This document shows positions 7,890 to 17,313 of a stretch of DNA of 32,000 bases, piece by piece. The position numbers and the translations under genes are program-made. Each line of letters opens with the position of its first letter. The first letter of the stretch is position 1. The notes under the pieces are model-generated. The model saw nothing but the letters and a program-made list of their open reading frames with translations, was not told where the DNA came from and did not search any database. Location of the stretch: NCBI RefSeq assembly GCF_000023965.1, contig NC_013202.1:1080001-1112000 (forward strand). The letters run 5' to 3'. Source of the DNA: Halomicrobium mukohataei DSM 12286 (GTDB lineage Archaea; Halobacteriota; Halobacteria; Halobacteriales; Haloarculaceae).

Positions 7890-8090
7890 TCACCCGCCTT
7901 TGACCAGCCGGACCACGCGGACGTGGTCCGTCTCGACGGGCTGATCTTCCGGGACTGGCGTGCCGTCGACCAGGATCGAGACCGTGTGGGGGCTGAGGTC
8001 GGTCGGTGCCAGCAGGTCGGCGTAGCTGTCCCCCGCCGCGATCTCGACCTCGCGGGTCTCGCCCCCGACGATCTCGACTGTCACGCGCAT
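7890..8090 (-). CDS. samp2: Ubiquitin-like small archaeal modifier protein, SAMP2-type (66 aa, C-terminal GG)
   Basis: MRVTVEIVGGETREVEIAAGDSYADLLAPTDLSPHTVSILVDGTPVPEDQPVETDHVRVVRLVKGG. It is a beta-grasp MoaD/ThiS-like protein ending in diglycine and closely resembles Haloferax SAMP2 as I recall it. It is the 3' tail of the artefactual ORF 7890..9221. Confidence 0.88.
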   Translation of the reverse strand: MRVTVEIVGGETREVEIAAGDSYADLLAPTDLSPHTVSILVDGTPVPEDQPVETDHVRVVRLVKGG

Positions 8091-8137
8091 ACGGTTCGAT
8101 TCGGACGGTCGCCCTTGAGCGTGTCGCCAGACGACCC

Positions 8138-9208
8138 TCAAGCCGACGGCTCGGCGTCGCCAGCGGCCGGCTCGGGGGTGGGGCCGGGATCGTCCTCGTC
8201 GCTCTGGTAGCGATCGTACATGCCGAGGACGAGCGCGCCGAGCCCGACCAGCACGACGACAGCTTCGACGAAATCGCCGAGGATCGGTACGAACTTCACC
8301 GCAGCGACCCCGAGAACGCCGACCAGTAGCGCGAGCCACCGGCTGTCTCGACCGATCCGTTGGAGGAGCCAGCGGCCGAGGGCGAACCGGCCGTACAGTG
8401 CGCCCGCCCACACGAGGAAGACGTACGCGACCATGCCGGCGATCGACAGCGGGATGCCGACCAGCGTCACGAACAGCAGCACACAGACCATTGGACCGCC
8501 GACGAGCGCGAGCAGTCCGAACGCCCCCATCCGCAGGGGATCGTCGGTCACGTCGTCGGCGACGCTCGTCGAGAAGCGGGGAAACGCCACCACGAGGACG
8601 GCCCCCGCGACGAGGTTCGCGAGGACGCCGTAGGCGGTGAAGGTCCCGGTCGGCAACGCGAACGACGGGCCACTGGGGCTGACGGTCACGTTGTCGGTCC
8701 GCTCGACTGTTCCGCCGACGGTCGCGCCGTCCGCGCGGTTCAGGTTGCCGTCGTAGGTCAGATCGCCGCGGATGTCGGCGGTCGGCCCGAGCGTGATCTC
8801 TTCGGCACCGATCTCGACGTTGCCGTCGATCCGTCCGTCGACGGTGGCCGAGCCGGCTCCGGCGGTCAGGTTGCCGCCGATCCGAGCGCCCTCGTCGACC
8901 GTCACGGAACCACCAGCCCCCTCGACGTCGCCGCCGACGGTTCCGCCGATGTCGAGAGTGCCGGCAGCCGCTTCGACGTCGCCCTCGACCGTGCCGTCGA
9001 TGATAACGGTGCCGCCGGTGGCTTCGAGGTCTCCCGTGACGGTCCCTTCGACGACGACCGTGCCGCCGACCGCTTCGAGGTCGTCGTCGATCGTCTCGCC
9101 CGGGCCGACCGTGACTGTCCCGCCGGTCCGGCTGGCTGCGGCCGCCGTCCCGGGGAGCGCTCCGACCACGAGGATCACTACGAGCAGTGCGCAGAGCGTG
9201 CGTCGCAT
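8138..9208 (-). CDS. Membrane-anchored protein with an N-terminal signal peptide, a bactofilin-like (polymer-forming, beta-helical) repeat domain and C-terminal TM helices
   Basis: Signal-like MRRTLCALLVVILVVGALPGTAAAA is followed by reiterated GGTV.V.G.V.GD repeats, then about 4 hydrophobic helices and an acidic tail. Confidence 0.8.
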   Translation of the reverse strand: MRRTLCALLVVILVVGALPGTAAAASRTGGTVTVGPGETIDDDLEAVGGTVVVEGTVTGDLEATGGTVIIDGTVEGDVEAAAGTLDIGGTVGGDVEGAGGSVTVDEGARIGGNLTAGAGSATVDGRIDGNVEIGAEEITLGPTADIRGDLTYDGNLNRADGATVGGTVERTDNVTVSPSGPSFALPTGTFTAYGVLANLVAGAVLVVAFPRFSTSVADDVTDDPLRMGAFGLLALVGGPMVCVLLFVTLVGIPLSIAGMVAYVFLVWAGALYGRFALGRWLLQRIGRDSRWLALLVGVLGVAAVKFVPILGDFVEAVVVLVGLGALVLGMYDRYQSDEDDPGPTPEPAAGDAEPSA

Positions 9209-9331
9209 ATCCGACCTTCACCGTCGGGCGACATAAAACGGAACTCGGAGCTTCTCGGTGGGAAACTGTGTCCGAGTTCGCCCGCTTCCCCGCGCGGAAC
9301 GCTTTTGAGACCGGGGGAAATGTACTGTGGC

Positions 9332-10345
9332 ATGCGAAGACGACAGGGAGTGCTCGTCGGGCTGGTCGCCGCGACGGGCTTGCTGACGATCGTGTTACTC
9401 TGGAGCGTCGTGACGACCGTCTTCTTCGCCATCACGGTCGCGTACGTCCTCTATCCACTGCGCCGGCTGCTCGTCGAGCGAGGGACCCACCGTCGGATCG
9501 CCGCCGCCGCGGCGACCAGCGTCGCGTTCCTCGCCGTCGCAGCCCTGATCGTCCCGTTGCTGTGGTCGCTGTATCGCCGCCGTGACACGCTGCTGGCGTA
9601 TCTCCGAACCCTTCCGACTTCCTTCGAGTTCGAGGTGCTGGGGATGCCGTTTGGCTTCGAAGTCGGATCGCTGGCCGCCACGGCTCGTGTCGCGATCACC
9701 AACCTCGCCGTCGAGGTGGCCGGGAGCGCGCCGATCATCGGCCTGAAGCTGTTTCTCTTCACGCTGCTCGTGTACGCGCTCCTGTTGCGGCCGAGTGCCG
9801 CACCGGCGGTCGTCTTCCGCGCGGTCCCCGAAGAGTACCAGTCGCTCGTCCGCACGATGCACGAGCGGACCAGAAACACCCTGTACGCGATCTACGTCCT
9901 CCAGGGGGCGACGGCGCTCGGGACCTTTCTCATCGCCTACCTCGTCTTCGCCGGTCTGGGTTATCCCGGTGCCTTCGGACTGGCAGCCGTGGCTGGCATC
10001 CTCCAGTTCGTTCCGGTGGTCGGCCCGAGCATCCTGATCGCGGTGGTCGCCGCGACGGATGTGGTCGCCGGAGATCTGACCGGGGCGGCCACGCTGCTGG
10101 TGATCGGACTGGTCTTCGTCGGCTTCCTCCCCGACGCGATCATCCGGCCACAGCTCGCTCCCTACACCGCAGACATTCCCGCGAGCCTCTATTTCATCGG
10201 CTTTACCGGCGGCGTGCTCTCGATCGGGATCGTCGGGTTCATCGCCGGCCCGCTCGTCGTCGCGCTGTTCGTCGAAGCCGTCGAGTTGCTCACGAACGAG
10301 CGGCCGACGGTCCAGCGACAACTGGATTCCGAACACACGGAGTAG
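9332..10345 (+). CDS. AI-2E family transporter (PerM-like permease)
   Basis: Polytopic membrane protein MRRRQGVLVGLVAATGLLTIVLLW... with the typical C-terminal GG..SIGIVGFIAGPL motif. The start is at ATG 9332, or at 9320. Confidence 0.8.
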   Translation: MRRRQGVLVGLVAATGLLTIVLLWSVVTTVFFAITVAYVLYPLRRLLVERGTHRRIAAAAATSVAFLAVAALIVPLLWSLYRRRDTLLAYLRTLPTSFEFEVLGMPFGFEVGSLAATARVAITNLAVEVAGSAPIIGLKLFLFTLLVYALLLRPSAAPAVVFRAVPEEYQSLVRTMHERTRNTLYAIYVLQGATALGTFLIAYLVFAGLGYPGAFGLAAVAGILQFVPVVGPSILIAVVAATDVVAGDLTGAATLLVIGLVFVGFLPDAIIRPQLAPYTADIPASLYFIGFTGGVLSIGIVGFIAGPLVVALFVEAVELLTNERPTVQRQLDSEHTE

Positions 10346-10364
10346 GTCCTCGACCGCCAGACGG

Positions 10365-11153
10365 TCAGTTCTCGCCGGTCTCCAGGGGACGGTCCTGTGC
10401 CGTCCACTCGGTGAGACTGCCCTCGTAGAAGGCCAGATTGTCGTATCCGAGGTGACACAGGACGACGTAGGTGTGGCTGATCCGGCGCGCCGTGTTACAG
10501 TAGAGGACGATCCGCGCGTCGGGGACGATACCGCGGGATTCGAGCAGTTCGCGGATCTCTGCCTCGGGGCGCAGCCCGCGACTGTCGTCGTCGACCAGTT
10601 CGCGCCAGTCCAGCTGGACCGCACCGGGGATGTGACCCTCCTCGTACTCCCATCCCTCTCGGGTGTCGACGATCACGGCGTCGCCGCCGACGGCTTCGGC
10701 GACCGCGTCGGCGTCGACCAGCGGCGTCTCGGCCGGTGGCTCGATCGCGTACTCCGTCGGCGTCGGCGCGGGCGTCTCGCCGGTCGTCTCGCGTTCGAGT
10801 TGCCACGCCGAGAAGTCCCCGTCGAGCAGGTGCAGCGCCGCGGGGTCGTGGCCGTACAGCGCCGCCGTCACGAGAAAGCGCGCGGCGAAGACTCCGTGCG
10901 TGTCGTCGTAGGCGACGATCTCGTCGCCGTTGGAGATTCCCGCCTCCGAGAGCAGCGCCGCGAAGTGCGCTCGCCCGGGGAGCATCCCCTCGTCGTGCTC
11001 GCCGCTCTCGTCGGCGCGAAACGCGTCGAAGGGGACGTTGACCGCACCCGGGAGGTGGCCGATGCCGTCGTACTCCCAGGCGTCGCGGACGTCGACCACG
11101 CGCACGTCGTCCAGACGCTCTGCGAGCCAGGACTGGGACACGATATCTGTCAT
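10365..11153 (-). CDS. Sulfurtransferase with tandem rhodanese domains
   Basis: MTDIVSQSWLAERLDDVRVVDVRDAWEYDGIGHLPGAVNVPFD... and a second domain with catalytic loop LYCNTARRIS. The start is at ATG (cat 11151-11153). Confidence 0.85.
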   Translation of the reverse strand: MTDIVSQSWLAERLDDVRVVDVRDAWEYDGIGHLPGAVNVPFDAFRADESGEHDEGMLPGRAHFAALLSEAGISNGDEIVAYDDTHGVFAARFLVTAALYGHDPAALHLLDGDFSAWQLERETTGETPAPTPTEYAIEPPAETPLVDADAVAEAVGGDAVIVDTREGWEYEEGHIPGAVQLDWRELVDDDSRGLRPEAEIRELLESRGIVPDARIVLYCNTARRISHTYVVLCHLGYDNLAFYEGSLTEWTAQDRPLETGEN

Positions 11154-11410
11154 TGCCCGTCCGTTTCGGACGCGACGGCTTGAAACCGTCCGTCTCGGCC
11201 GCTCGAAGATAGCGGAGATATTTTCCAGCCCGCGGCCCGCCGTCCGGACCGAACCGCCAGCAGTCGGGGAGCGCCGCCGGAACCGTGCGAAATATTCGCA
11301 TACTAATACGTCCGACAAGGGGCAGAAACTGCCGCCAGAGGGGAGGAGTGGCGGGCTATGCCGAGAGAGGGTGGGGTTATATGGACGGGGTGCATATTTT
11401 GGTCTGTATT

Positions 11411-12274
11411 ATGAGCGACTACGCAAACGACGTTCTCGTCACCGCGGACTGGGTCGAGGACAACCTCGACTCGTTCCAGAGCGACGATCCCGACCACCGA
11501 CTGGTCGAGGTCGACGTAGACACGGAAGCGTACGACGAGGCCCACGCGCCCGGCGCGATCGGCTTCAACTGGGAGACACAGCTCCAGGACCAGACCACCC
11601 GAGACATCCTCTCGAAGGCAGACTTCGAGGACCTGCTCGGGAGCCACGGCATCAGCGAGGACTCGACGGTCGTCCTCTACGGTGACAACTCCAACTGGTT
11701 CGCCGCCTACACCTACTGGCAGTTCAAGTACTACGGCCACGACGACGTTCGGCTCCTCGACGGCGGCCGCGAGTACTGGCTCGACAACGACTACACGACC
11801 ACGGACGAGGTCCCCGAGTTCTCCGCAGTCGAGTACGAGGCCTCCGGCCCGCGCGAGTCCATCCGCGCGTACCGCGACGACGTCGAGAACGCCATCGAGA
11901 AGAACCTCCCGCTCGTGGACGTTCGCTCCCCCGAGGAGTTCTCCGGCGAAGTGCTGGCACCCCCGGGCCTGCAGGAGACCGCACAGCGTGGCGGCCACGT
12001 CCCCGGTGCGAAGAACATCTCCTGGGCGGCCGTGACCAACGACGACGGCCGGTTCAAGGACTTCGACGAGCTCCAGGAGCTGTACGCCGACGAAGACATC
12101 GACGGCGACGAGACGACCGTCGCCTACTGCCGCATCGGCGAGCGCTCCTCGGTCGCCTGGTTCGCGCTCCACGAACTGCTGGGCTACGACGACGCCGTCA
12201 ACTACGACGGCTCCTGGACCGAGTGGGGCAACCTCGTCGGCGCGCCGATCGAGAAGGGCGAAGCGGACGACTGA
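11411..12274 (+). CDS. Thiosulfate/3-mercaptopyruvate sulfurtransferase (tandem rhodanese domains)
   Basis: MSDYANDVLVTADWVEDNL..., HIPGA-like GHVPGAKNISW and catalytic loop AYCRIGERSS. It is divergent from the other rhodanese gene. Confidence 0.88.
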   Translation: MSDYANDVLVTADWVEDNLDSFQSDDPDHRLVEVDVDTEAYDEAHAPGAIGFNWETQLQDQTTRDILSKADFEDLLGSHGISEDSTVVLYGDNSNWFAAYTYWQFKYYGHDDVRLLDGGREYWLDNDYTTTDEVPEFSAVEYEASGPRESIRAYRDDVENAIEKNLPLVDVRSPEEFSGEVLAPPGLQETAQRGGHVPGAKNISWAAVTNDDGRFKDFDELQELYADEDIDGDETTVAYCRIGERSSVAWFALHELLGYDDAVNYDGSWTEWGNLVGAPIEKGEADD

Positions 12275-12357
12275 GCACCGCGACGGAGTTCGCTTCGAAT
12301 CGGAGCGGAGAGGCCCTGGGCCGACCCGCGAAGAAGAGCAACTGAACTGGTTCACCT

Positions 12358-12370
12358 CGTTTTTCTTCGA
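12358..12370 (+). terminator. Candidate archaeal oligo-T terminator downstream of the rhodanese gene
   Basis: A T5 run (12360-12364) sits in CGTTTTTCTTCG, about 85 nt after the stop at 12274. There is no other support. Confidence 0.3.
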
Positions 12371-12426
12371 GCGCTGACCCGGAAGCGACGGGTACAGCAC
12401 CGCGGGGCAGCGACAGAACTTCGCGA

Positions 12427-12930
12427 CTAGCCGGTCAGCCAGTACCGCGTCTGATCGACGGTCGTCGAGAGCCACTGGCCGTGGACGCGGCCCGGCCCGG
12501 GCTCGAACACCGCGTCGAAGACGAGGTCCCGGCCGTCGATACGCAGTTCTCGGAGCGTGAGCGTGCGCTCGCTGGCCCAGGTCGCGAGGCGCGCGTCGCC
12601 ACACTCGTCGAGTTCGAAGTAGGTCGCTGGCGTCCGATCGGTCGTGAACGTGTACTCCCGGTCGCCGTAGGAGAGCGTCTCTTCGACGATCTCGCCGAAG
12701 GCGAAGGCGATCCGGCACTGCTCGCGCGGCTCGTCGGCTCGGTCGCTGTCGACGCGGCGGCGACGGTCGACGTCGTAGCCCCACTTGCGCGCCCACCCTT
12801 CGAGGAGGCGCACGTCGATCCGCGGGTCCGACCTCGACCGGCCGCCGTCCCACAGGACGTGATACTGGGACGGTCGCTCGTCGCCGAGGTGCTGGTCGAA
12901 CATGGTGGTGGGATTCGACTGAGCCATCAT
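12427..12930 (-). CDS. Hypothetical protein (conserved-looking, acidic; function unknown)
   Basis: ORF 12427..12972 has a coherent acidic composition (..YHVLWDGGRSRSDPRIDVRLLEGWARKWGYDVD..). Start candidates are 12930, 12927 and 12903. Confidence 0.6.
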   Translation of the reverse strand: MMAQSNPTTMFDQHLGDERPSQYHVLWDGGRSRSDPRIDVRLLEGWARKWGYDVDRRRRVDSDRADEPREQCRIAFAFGEIVEETLSYGDREYTFTTDRTPATYFELDECGDARLATWASERTLTLRELRIDGRDLVFDAVFEPGPGRVHGQWLSTTVDQTRYWLTG

Positions 12931-13005
12931 ATACCTGTATGGTCGTTCACCGATGCTGCCGGCGACCGACATCGCTTCAGACTTCGATAATCGGGCGGGG
13001 ACCCG

Positions 13006-13557
13006 CTATACTGCGGCTTTCGGTTCGGTCGCGGCGTTGGCCGCGACCATCCGACCGAGCGTTCGCACGCGGGCCTCGATGTCGGCGTCGACGAAGGCTC
13101 CGTCGTCGTCGAAGGCGTCGGACGCGTTGCGGATCCCGACCTCGTGGGGGAGCGTCCAGCCGTGGACCGTCCGGACGCCGGTTCGGAGGTGTTCCAGCGC
13201 CGGGCCGTAGGAGCCACCGCCGGCAGTCGCCAGCAGTCCGACCGTCGTGTCCCTGAACTCGTCGCGCCCCAGGTAGTCGAGCGCGTTCTTCAGCGCCGAC
13301 GACACCATACCGTGGTACACCGGCGTTCCGAGCACCACCGCGTCGGCGTCGGCGATCAGCGCCCGCAACGCCCCGGCGTCGCCCCGGTCGCGGTCGTCGG
13401 GATCGAACAGCGGTAGTTCCCACTCGCGGAGGTCTACCAGTTCTGTCGTCGCGCCGGCCGTCTCTGCGGCCGACAGCGCGTGTTCCAGTGCCAGACACGT
13501 CGTGCTCGTCTCGCGCAGACTACCGCTGATGGCGACGACGAGCGGGGACTCGCTCAT
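13006..13557 (-). CDS. NADPH-dependent FMN reductase family protein
   Basis: MSESPLVVAISGSLRETSTT..., AVVLGTPVYHGMVSSALKNALDYL. This is a flavodoxin-like fold signature. Confidence 0.85.
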   Translation of the reverse strand: MSESPLVVAISGSLRETSTTCLALEHALSAAETAGATTELVDLREWELPLFDPDDRDRGDAGALRALIADADAVVLGTPVYHGMVSSALKNALDYLGRDEFRDTTVGLLATAGGGSYGPALEHLRTGVRTVHGWTLPHEVGIRNASDAFDDDGAFVDADIEARVRTLGRMVAANAATEPKAAV

Positions 13558-13666
13558 GACAGCGTGTCTGGACCCCGACGGGCTTAACCCCCGTGGTGGC
13601 ACCTCGACGAGGTGGTTGTCTGTCGAATCCCGGCAGTTACAAGCCCTGGCGACCGTAGCGACCAGT

Positions 13667-14257
13667 ATGGACGCTCAGGAATTCGTCGACACGGTCAGTT
13701 CCGAGAACAAGACGGCGCTCTCGCGGCTCGGCTCCTCGAAGGCGCTGTACGCGCTCACCGGCGGCGAGATGGACGAGGGACCGATTCTGGCAGGTGCGGC
13801 CGACCGCGCGCACTACGCTGGCGAGACCGTCGACGGGTGGGCGGGAGAGACCTTCGAGGCGGCCGCCGACACCGCCAGCGACCACTACGAGACGATCGTC
13901 GACAAACTCGGCGACCACGAACCGGGCGAGCGGCCGGCCATGTTCGAGACGCTGGCCCGACAGGACGAGACGGCCGCCCGTCTCGGCGGACTCGTCGGCT
14001 GGACGCTCGTCGCCAAGAAGACCGACGAACAGCTCACGGGATTTTTCGTCGGACAGGCCGACCCCCAGACCTCGCAGGTGTTTCGCGACCTGGGTGGCGA
14101 CATCGAAGCCCTCCGCGAGCAGGCCCTCGACGCGCTGGCCGAGGACGGCGACTGGGACGCCGCCGAGGCCGCAGCGAGCGCGGTCGTCCAGGCCGCCTAC
14201 GACGACTACTTCGAGACGCTCGAAGACCTCGGCGTGAACCCCAAGCCGGTGTGCTGA
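13667..14257 (+). CDS. Hypothetical acidic helical protein (possibly ferritin/rubrerythrin-like bundle; uncertain)
   Basis: ATG 13667 gives MDAQEFVDTVSSENKTALSRLGSSKALYALTGGEMDEG.... The ORF is strongly acidic and coherent; the upstream extension is implausible. Confidence 0.6.
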   Translation: MDAQEFVDTVSSENKTALSRLGSSKALYALTGGEMDEGPILAGAADRAHYAGETVDGWAGETFEAAADTASDHYETIVDKLGDHEPGERPAMFETLARQDETAARLGGLVGWTLVAKKTDEQLTGFFVGQADPQTSQVFRDLGGDIEALREQALDALAEDGDWDAAEAAASAVVQAAYDDYFETLEDLGVNPKPVC

Positions 14258-14277
14258 TCGGCCGCTCTCGCGTGCCC

Positions 14278-15735
14278 TCACCTGAACACGTCTCGGAGCT
14301 TCTGTGCGCCGATCCGTCCGAGTAGCTTCGCCGGTCCGCGCTTTGGCGCGTCTGCGAGCACGTCCCGGGGTGCCGGTGGCTCGGGCGTTCCGAGTCCGAG
14401 GTCCCACTCGGTCGCCGCCGTGAACTGCTCGACGGCCGCGGTGGCCCGCTCGCGGACCGCTTTCGCATCCATCGTCTGAACGACCCCGTCCTCGACGACC
14501 ACCTCCCCGTCGACGACGACGGTCTCCACGTCCGAACGGCGGGCGCTGTTCGCGATCTGTGCCGGCACGTTCGTCAGCGGTGTGAACTTCGCCTGCTCTA
14601 CGTCCAGTACGATCAGATCCCCGCGAGCGCCGGGGACGAGGCGGCCGACCGACTCGATGCCCACCGCGTCGGCGCTCTCGGCGGTGAGCATTCGGACCAG
14701 CGCCATCGAGTCGTACTGCTGTGCCCCCGCGTCGAGGTTGGCCAGCAGCCGCGCCGAGCGGGCCTCTTCGAACAGGTCGACGGAGTCGTGCCAGTAGTGG
14801 TCGTCCAGACCGAGGCCGACGGCCACGCCGGCCTCGCGCAGGTCGGCCACCGGCGTCCAGGGAGTCTCCGGATCGAGGTTGTAGTAGCCGAAGATGGACG
14901 GGCAGTGTGCCACACCGGCGTCGGCCCCGCTCATCCGCTCGATGTCTCTCTCGTCGGCGACGCGGAAGTGCGCGCCCACGAGCCGGTCGTCGAGCAGCCC
15001 GACCGCGTCCAGCAGCGCGAGCGAATCGTCGCTCCCGTTCGCACGGGCCATCTCGTCGCTTTCGCCAAGCTCCAGCAGGTGCGTGTGGACGGGCACCTCC
15101 GGGTACTCGGCCGCCAGGTCTGCGACGCGCTCCCAGAGGTCGCGCGTACACGACCAGTCGTCGTGGGGACAGATGGCGGCGCTGATCCGTCCGTCGTAGC
15201 TGCCGTGGAACTGCTCGACGAACGAGCGGGCCTGCTCGAACTGTGCGTCGACCGGCCGGTCCCAGAACAGATCCGACAGCATGGGTCCCATCACTGCCCG
15301 CAGACCCGCCTCGCCGAGAACGTCCGCCCCCAGCGCTGGACGCACGTCCATCGTGTTGACCGTCGTCACGCCCCCCTGGAGGTGAGTCAGAGCCGCCAGC
15401 TCGTACCCCGCTCGCAGTAGGTCGTCGTGCTCGCTGGCCATGTCGGCGATCAGCGGCGTCATCTGGGCGAACAGCTCGACCGGTCCCATCTCACTGAAGG
15501 CACCCGTCAGCGCGGTCCCTTCCAGGTGTGCGTGGGCGTTGACGAGCCCGGGGAGCACGAGCCGTCCCGCTCCGTCGAGGACGTGGTCGGCGTCGATCTC
15601 GGCGTCGCCCGCCCGGCTCTCTCGGACTGTGGCGATGTCGCCGTCTCGGACCACGACGGTACCGGACTCGTAGACGCGGTTGCGCTCGTCGACGGTTACG
15701 ACGACCGCGTCGTGGACGACGAAGTCCGCCGTCAC
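14278..15735 (-). CDS. Amidohydrolase family protein (cytosine / MTA-SAH deaminase-like)
   Basis: 485 aa with metal-binding LPGLVNAHAHLEG and later HTHL and DDHYWHD motifs. The GTG start overlaps the upstream gene stop (GTGA at 15732-15735). Confidence 0.85.
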   Translation of the reverse strand: MTADFVVHDAVVVTVDERNRVYESGTVVVRDGDIATVRESRAGDAEIDADHVLDGAGRLVLPGLVNAHAHLEGTALTGAFSEMGPVELFAQMTPLIADMASEHDDLLRAGYELAALTHLQGGVTTVNTMDVRPALGADVLGEAGLRAVMGPMLSDLFWDRPVDAQFEQARSFVEQFHGSYDGRISAAICPHDDWSCTRDLWERVADLAAEYPEVPVHTHLLELGESDEMARANGSDDSLALLDAVGLLDDRLVGAHFRVADERDIERMSGADAGVAHCPSIFGYYNLDPETPWTPVADLREAGVAVGLGLDDHYWHDSVDLFEEARSARLLANLDAGAQQYDSMALVRMLTAESADAVGIESVGRLVPGARGDLIVLDVEQAKFTPLTNVPAQIANSARRSDVETVVVDGEVVVEDGVVQTMDAKAVRERATAAVEQFTAATEWDLGLGTPEPPAPRDVLADAPKRGPAKLLGRIGAQKLRDVFR

Positions 15736-16208
15736 TGTGACTCCTTCCCACGATCGACCGGGAGTTCCCCGGTCCGGACCCAGGTGCGAGCCGCCTCGCG
15801 TTCCCCCGGACCGAAGTACCGCATCTCATCGGGACTGACCGGCCAGACCGGCGCGATGGCTCGCCAGCAGTCGAACAGTCCTCGCGCCCAGACCGAATCG
15901 CCGACGGCAGCGTAGCGACCGATGTCGAACGACGACCCCCGTCGGAGGTCTGGTAGGATGCCGTAACAGTTCGAGAGAGCCGATCGAGCGGTCCAGTCGA
16001 CCGTCTCCTCGTAGAGGTGGACGGTGTCGTGTGCGTCGGTCGTCGCCGAGAGGAGCCGGTAGAGGTCCCTGAACCCGGCGGGCGAGCAGTCGCCGACTCG
16101 AATGGCGACGACGGCCGGTTCCGGCTCGGTCAACACTTCGAACATCGCGTCGTTCGGATCGGGCCGGTAGTCGTCGAACGCGGCCGTCACCGTCTCGCGA
16201 TCGATCAT
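15732..16208 (-). CDS. Hypothetical protein, translationally coupled to the amidohydrolase
   Basis: ATG (cat 16206-16208) gives MIDRETVTAAFDDYRPDPNDAMFEVLTEPEPAVVAIRVGD.... I recognise no family. The longer ORF extension runs into AT-rich promoter DNA. Confidence 0.6.
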   Translation of the reverse strand: MIDRETVTAAFDDYRPDPNDAMFEVLTEPEPAVVAIRVGDCSPAGFRDLYRLLSATTDAHDTVHLYEETVDWTARSALSNCYGILPDLRRGSSFDIGRYAAVGDSVWARGLFDCWRAIAPVWPVSPDEMRYFGPGEREAARTWVRTGELPVDRGKESQ

Positions 16209-16434
16209 GGTCGGCGATTCGATGACCTGATTATTAAACTGGCTGCTATTATATGGGTAATTATACGCAATCTCTAGCATAATCTTGGTTCTAAATTGTT
16301 AAACAGTCGTCTTACTTCTGCTCTCGGTCGAGGCCTGTGGCCCAGCCACCGCGCTCGCTGCGTGGCCGACCACCTGCTTTCGAGCGGGCTCGCCGAGGAA
16401 GAAGATTCATGTATCTGGTGGGACCAGTTGGGAC
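16209..16434. promoter_or_regulatory. AT-rich divergent promoter region
   Basis: A locally AT-rich stretch (TTATTAAACTGGCTGCTATTATATGGGTAATTATACGC...) with several TATA-like boxes lies between divergently oriented genes. Confidence 0.4.
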
Positions 16435-17313
16435 ATGGATAGTTCTCTCGACGCCGTCCGGGCGGACGACGACCTCGCCGTGGCGCTGTCGGTCGTCCTC
16501 GACCGTGCCGAGGCGGGTGACGGAACCGTCGCGTGGACGGATCTCCAGGGACAGATCGATCCCGCCGAGTGGGGCCGACTGCTCGACCACGGCGTCGTCG
16601 TCCCGGCTGGTGATCGCTTCGTCGTCGACGACCCGACCGCGGCTCGCGAACTGCTCGCACAGCGAGACCTCGACGGCGCGGACTCCGACGCCCCCGAGAC
16701 CGGCGGCTGGTCGCGCGCGGACAAGCTGGCAGGGGTCGGCGCACTCGCGCTGATGGCGAGCTACCAGTTGCCCGGCGGGCGCGAACTGGTCGGCCAGAGC
16801 GTCAACACCGTTCTCGGACCGCTCGCGGCACAACTGCCCTTCGTCGCGACGATCACACTGCTTGCGGTCGTGACCGCGCTGGCCTCGACGACGATTCGCC
16901 GCCGGCTCCGGTCGAAAGAACGGATGGAGCGGCTCAAGACGCGGATGAACGACGTGCGCGAGCGCCTCGACGCCGCCCGTGATCGCGGCGACGACGAGGC
17001 GGTCGAACGGCTCCGGGCCGAACAGCAGGAGCTGATGACCCGGCAGCTGTCGATGTTCAAGCACATGCTCCGGCCGATGGCCTGGACGGTGCTGATCTCG
17101 GCACCGATCTTCCTGTGGCTGTCGTGGCTGGCCGTCGCGCCCGCCGCCGCCATCGCGCCGACGGCGACGGTGTTCCCGATGCTCGGCCGAATCACCTGGA
17201 CGGCCAAACTGATCGGACCGCTGCACGTCTGGACGGTGTGGTACATCGCCACCTCGATGCTCTCGGGGCTGACGATCCAGCGGACGATGGACCGGATCGG
17301 CGTCGGGACCTGA
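16435..17313 (+). CDS. DUF106 / EMC3-TMCO1-like membrane protein (archaeal YidC/Oxa1-like insertase) with an N-terminal soluble extension
   Basis: TM helix, then a basic coiled region RRRLRSKERMERLKTRMNDVRERLDAARDRGDDEAVERLRAEQQELMTRQLSMFKHMLRPM, then TM helices. This is the typical DUF106 architecture. Confidence 0.75.
   Translation: MDSSLDAVRADDDLAVALSVVLDRAEAGDGTVAWTDLQGQIDPAEWGRLLDHGVVVPAGDRFVVDDPTAARELLAQRDLDGADSDAPETGGWSRADKLAGVGALALMASYQLPGGRELVGQSVNTVLGPLAAQLPFVATITLLAVVTALASTTIRRRLRSKERMERLKTRMNDVRERLDAARDRGDDEAVERLRAEQQELMTRQLSMFKHMLRPMAWTVLISAPIFLWLSWLAVAPAAAIAPTATVFPMLGRITWTAKLIGPLHVWTVWYIATSMLSGLTIQRTMDRIGVGT

Noticed and set aside
7689-8210. Conserved-looking peptide MREPRRSLLTGAKRPFARPEGLGESLSASTRSARSE... 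encoded in both MITE copies (also 28128..28349), plus the minus-strand ERSEDIR.RTAERAEGFRC peptides
   Set aside because: There is no ATG (TTG/GTG only) and the composition is Arg/Ser/Ala-rich. Every difference between the copies is explained by stem or loop positions of the fold. The conservation comes from the repeat itself, not from coding.
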